Source: Macrostomum lignano (Eukaryota). From it: DNA of 64,000 bases. The stretch covers positions 310,001-374,000 of the forward strand of contig NIVC01000392.1 of NCBI GenBank assembly GCA_002269645.1, read 5' to 3'. The notes under the pieces are model-generated. The model did not search any database and had not been told where the DNA came from. It saw nothing but the letters and a program-made list of their open reading frames with translations. Shown one piece after another: positions 59,898 to 64,000 of this stretch; position 1 is the first letter of the stretch; every line of letters begins with the position of its first letter. The position numbers were made by a program, and so were the translations under genes.

Positions 59898-60545
59898 CTA
59901 GAATCCAATTTGGACCTCATCGTTCTGTTGAACCGATTGGCTCCTCCAGTGATGAAAGACGTCCTCGCAGGACAGGCACCTCGCCGGGCGAAGGCTTGTG
60001 CCGGCTACGGCCGTTGTGCTGGTGGTCGCGGATCCGGGCTCGTCTAGCAGAGTTGCCGAGCAGTTGTTTGCTTCCGGCAGGTCGCCGTTGCCGGCGGCCC
60101 TTCCGACGGTCACTGGCAGGCGCGGCAGCTGAACAACTCCGTCGGAGATCGTCCAGCCACCGCCGCCGTCGACGCCGCCTCCGCAAAGTGAATAATGACG
60201 ACGCAACTCGGTAGAGCGACGCCTCAACCAGAAAGACTTGCCCAGCTTGTACAGACCCTGCACCAAGGCTTGGAGCATCTCTACCGACTCGAATAAGCCT
60301 ACGATGCTCAGGCCCAGGTACAGTCCCAGCAGCCCTCCAATGTCCGACATGAGCTGGGAGAATGGGTATTCGGGACTTTCAATCACTTTGTCGGAGTAGA
60401 CGCTTCGAGCTCGAATATTGACGTCCGAGCATTCGGAGCGGAGTATGCGACTGATGTTGTGCACCGATAGCCTTTGGGTCTCGTTTGCCGCCGCTTCCCA
60501 GGTGAGGCTGGGGTCTTTGAGCTTCAGCACTTCAGCTGCGATGTC
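59898..60545 (-). CDS. Terminal exon of a second DEG/ENaC subunit (partial; upstream exons not found in window)
   Basis: Acceptor cattcctacag, phase 0. Encodes DVNIRARSVYSDKVIESPEYPFSQLMSDIGGLLGLYLGLSIVGLFESVEML, a canonical TM2 with SDIGG and GLS filter, followed by a cytoplasmic tail. Confidence 0.85.
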   Translation of the reverse strand, partial: DIAAEVLKLKDPSLTWEAAANETQRLSVHNISRILRSECSDVNIRARSVYSDKVIESPEYPFSQLMSDIGGLLGLYLGLSIVGLFESVEMLQALVQGLYKLGKSFWLRRRSTELRRHYSLCGGGVDGGGGWTISDGVVQLPRLPVTVGRAAGNGDLPEANNCSATLLDEPGSATTSTTAVAGTSLRPARCLSCEDVFHHWRSQSVQQNDEVQIGF

Positions 60546-62269
60546 CTGTAGGAATGATGGGAAAGATAGACGGATGACTTAAAGGTTAATGGAGTGTCGT
60601 GTGTTGAAGGAGCTCCGTGTAAAAGGTAGGTTCGTTGCGTAGTTTGCAGGGGGCTTTGAGCACTGCCGCAAATCAAGGCAGTTGATCCGCAAAGAGGCAA
60701 GCAGCTGGTTCTCAATTCGCTAACCCCTGAGCACACAGGGTGTAACAGTTGTAACAGTCGTCAAGTAGTATACCCACTGTTTCTTAAAAATTCCCTTGTG
60801 GATTTGAATCGCACAGACCAAACCCGAGTCAATTATCATGCACAGGCCCCAAATTAATATGGCCACGCACACAATAGAATCTCGGAAATTAACAATGGGA
60901 GTCATTCCAGTTAGCCAATGAGCTACTGCTGCATCCGCGTGAGAGTGATCTCTCTCAGTCGTGAATGTTGGAGCTTTGATGAAGCATTCAGTTGATTAAG
61001 CTGTTTAAAATACATTTAAACTGTTTAAAATGACACGAAGATACCCTAAGTTTTCCTACAGGAAAACGCAGAATCAGTAGATGAAGCTTAATCATGTGCC
61101 TGTGTGTTTATGCCGGTGTAAATTCGGATTTCTAGAATTTCACTCAACACTGCTCAAGTCTAGCCCCCCCCCCAGGTGGAAAATAGGAAAATCGATATGG
61201 CTGACAAAATACCATAGCCATAGCACTGAACACAGCACTGATGTTGACCCACCGAATCGCCACTGAATTAATAAGGCAAATGTGTACATGTAAGTACGAG
61301 CGTACTTATTACATACCAAAATATATGCATATGTGCGAAATCTGTCTACTAATATTGTAATAAGCCTCCAAATCAACTCGTGCCTTTTCTACTTGACAAC
61401 AAGTTTATCTTATATTTTTATGAATCCATCAAGATTCATCTAAAAATGCATTTGAATTGAGGTTAAACTACATTGAAACTGTATAAAAACGGCATTGAAA
61501 CTGCTTAGCTACTAGCGACTAATACTGTTTAGCTATAGCTGACTTGCGAAATTCCTTAGCTGCATGAAAAGTACATTTTCAATTCAGGCGTGACAACGCA
61601 GTCAGGCAATTTTGTAGTCCGCAATGACCAAGCTAAATGAGTTGGTATTGCTAAACGTTATCTGTGTTGATATCAATTGGCTCAGGTCAGTGCAAAACAC
61701 CCCAGCTCTCTACTCTGTATTTGCTGTCTGACTTTCACTTCGAAGGCTACTCGCTTTTAAGCTGATGCCTGCCATAGTCACGGACTAGATGGTGAGCTGC
61801 CTTGTATGGATATTAGAAAGAATTAACTGGATTGATTGACATTGCGACCCCCTTTTCACTCTCTCAGCCCCCCTCTCTCTCGCCAATTTCCCTCACACAT
61901 CTCGAAGGTCAGTCAAACTGAATCGAGAGAGAAAAGTCACACACACACACATACACACTCTCTCTCTCTTCCCGCGCCTTCCTCTTCCCTACGTTTCGAT
62001 TCTCCCATTGGGATATCTATATCTGACTATCAGCCGCAGCCGTTCCGCACCCCGCTGAGCTGACCAACCGACTTAGGAGAACGCCAGGACCATGGAGCTC
62101 TTGATTTTTATTTCATAGAAACCAACCTGGACTTGAGTTGTTGCTTTCAAGCGATGCCTGTAAAGCAATAAGACGTTGGCAACGTCCGGCCGGCGCGTTT
62201 ACAACATTCATGAACGTCGCTAGCAAATGGGTACTTTTATATTCCCCTGACTTTCGGCCAACGTATGAC

Positions 62270-62730
62270 GTCATCATCTATGGAGGGACCGGGGGGACAT
62301 GCCCCCCCCCGGTAAAAGCTATGGGGGACATGCCAATGCTTTGTAATCCCCACCACATCTTGTGACCCGTTGTGGTAATCAATCATTTTTCTTTTGGGCG
62401 CCAAAATAAAGCGCCTGCGGCGCCAAAATGAGTGCCTGCGGCGCTAAAAGGAATGCCTGCGGCGCCAAAATGAGTGCCTGCGGCGCTAAAAGGAATGCCT
62501 ACGGCGCCAAAATGAGTGCCTGCGGCTCTAAAAGGAATGCCTACGGCGCCAAAATGAGTGCCTGCGGCGCCAAAATGAGTGCCTGCGGCGCCAAAATGAG
62601 TACCTGCGGCGCCTAAATGAGCGCTGACAACACGATTTTTAAAAAATGAAAATGCAGAAATTTAGTCATGTACATTTACATGTTGAATTCTTGGCTTTGT
62701 CCCCTACCATGAAATCAATGCGACGCCCTG
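62270..62730 (+). mobile_element. MITE-like non-autonomous DNA element, copy 1, with an internal 21-bp GCCTGCGGCGCCAAAATGAGT array
   Basis: Homologous to the copy at 63717. The right end ...GCGACGCCCTG is the reverse complement of the copy-2 left end CAGG(C)GCGTCGC, suggesting TIRs. The left TIR is decayed and no clear TSD is seen. Confidence 0.6.
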
Positions 62731-63021
62731 GGGTCAAGGACCACTGGCAGTATATTCTTATAATTCTGTTAATGGTCATTGCGTTGGGTTACGTCTGCAT
62801 AGGATGCAGCAGTGTTGCATTGGATGGCGTCATCAACGTTTTAGAATCGTTACAGATCAATGCACAGTAATATCTGTTTTACAGACTTTGCACCATAAGT
62901 AGTACAAATATAAATAAAGTCAGCAATGCGTTTTATTATAATAAAGCTGGTTCAAAATATTATAGAGTCCCTGTTAAATCCAGATAATAAATCTAAGAGC
63001 TCCTTGTTCCAGCTGAACCGG

Positions 63022-63265
63022 TCAAGCATCCCTTATTCGGGCTGGCTTTTCTCCTCCCGAGGGACTGTTTAAACTGGAACTTTTCTCCCCGATCCGGGCG
63101 TCGGCAGCGTCATCCTCTGGGAGGGTCGAACAGTTCCTGCGATACGCCGCCCCCAATGTTCTGTTTGCCAGAACCGGTTCGGCATTTTTCTTAGTGCGAG
63201 GCGACGATTCTTCGCGCCAAAAAGAAGATTGCTTGCATTGCCACTTGGAATTGACATAAGTCGGT
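63022..63265 (-). other. Possible terminal coding exon of an unidentified minus-strand gene
   Basis: AG acceptor (aaattttaag), an 80-codon open frame (PTYVNSKWQCKQSSFWREE...RIRDA*) and a downstream AATAAA near 62935 on the minus strand; no recognisable homology. Confidence 0.25.
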
Positions 63266-63716
63266 CTTAAAATTTAATTTTCAGCAGCAATTTTCTGACT
63301 CTTTTGGCAAAAAGAAACTGCTAACAACTGCTGACGTTGGTTCGAGTTGAAATTCGATTGGCTTTGAATTATTAACTATGCATATCGGAAATCAAACCTT
63401 TTGCAACCCTCCCAGGAGGGTGATCCTGGATACAATAAATTGCTGTATCAATAAATACTGGATATAGGACTCTAAATCCGCATTCTCAGCAATATCTCGC
63501 GCATGCATCAATCTTATTCACTCTCCTCAACCAGAGATTTAAGCGTAGACAGCTAAATTAGGACGCTACACTCTCTAATTCGTGCAAATTTCTCTGGGAG
63601 TCAAGTTTTTTATCCATTTTTCTATTGCTTGGTGATGTACGTTGGACGCTGATTGAGCCAAGTTTCTCTCAGCGACTTCACGCTGGATAGCAGTGACATG
63701 AATTCTCAGCTGGATT

Positions 63717-64000
63717 CAGGCGCGTCGCCACCGGGGACAGGGGGGACATGTGCCACAGTAAAAGCTCTGGGGGGGGCATGCCAATGCTTTGTCCCGGCCC
63801 ACCCACCTTGTGAGTCGTTGTGGTAATCAATCATTTTTCTTTAGGGCGCCAAAATATAGCGCCTTCGGCGCAAAAATGAGTGCCTACGGCGCTAAAATGA
63901 GTGCCTGCGGCGCTAAAATGAGTGCCTGCGGCGCTAAAATGAGTGCCTGCGGCGCCAAAATGAGTGCCTGAGGCGCGAAAAGGTATGCCTGCGGCGCTAA
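63717..64000 (+). mobile_element. MITE-like element, copy 2 (truncated by window end)
   Basis: Shares ggggacatg...taaaagct.tggggg..catgccaatgctttgt...ttgtggtaatcaatcatttttc...gggcgccaaaat and the 21-bp array with copy 1. Confidence 0.6.

Overview
Animal genomic DNA with spliceosomal GT-AG introns, GC-rich exons and repeat-filled introns. There are no prokaryotic features, rRNA, tRNA or CRISPR arrays. The DEG/ENaC type and the minisatellite-stuffed introns suggest a flatworm, possibly Macrostomum-like; this is inference, not proven. I built spliced gene models by hand and checked them for phase continuity. (1) 809-8233 +: 6 exons, ~773 aa, colinear with a degenerate KDZ/Zisupton-type transposase. 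(2) 8.9-9.6 kb: a Tc1/IS630-like remnant with ~155-bp imperfect inverted arms. (3) 13277-10642 -: a two-exon DEG/ENaC channel with a non-canonical pore. (4) 16133-20214 +: a six-exon AidB/ACDH-11-like acyl-CoA dehydrogenase. (5) 24049-57227 +: a giant ~8,660-aa plakin-family gene. It has an N-terminal plakin/SH3 region, ~25 kb of modular S/T/E/Q-rich repeats packed with TQT-like motifs, and a C-terminal plectin-like repeat. It is broken only by four single-base deletions (probably long-read errors) and one stop inside a candidate young intron. (6) 60545-59898 -: the terminal exon of a second DEG/ENaC. (7) Two copies of a MITE-like element near the right end. About 15 distinct micro/minisatellite arrays fill introns and intergenic space. 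The best novelty candidates are the giant plakin, whose rod may be a polyvalent LC8 (dynein light chain) scaffold rather than a coiled coil, and the apparently domesticated KDZ-derived gene. No database searches could be run, so family assignments rest on recalled motifs.
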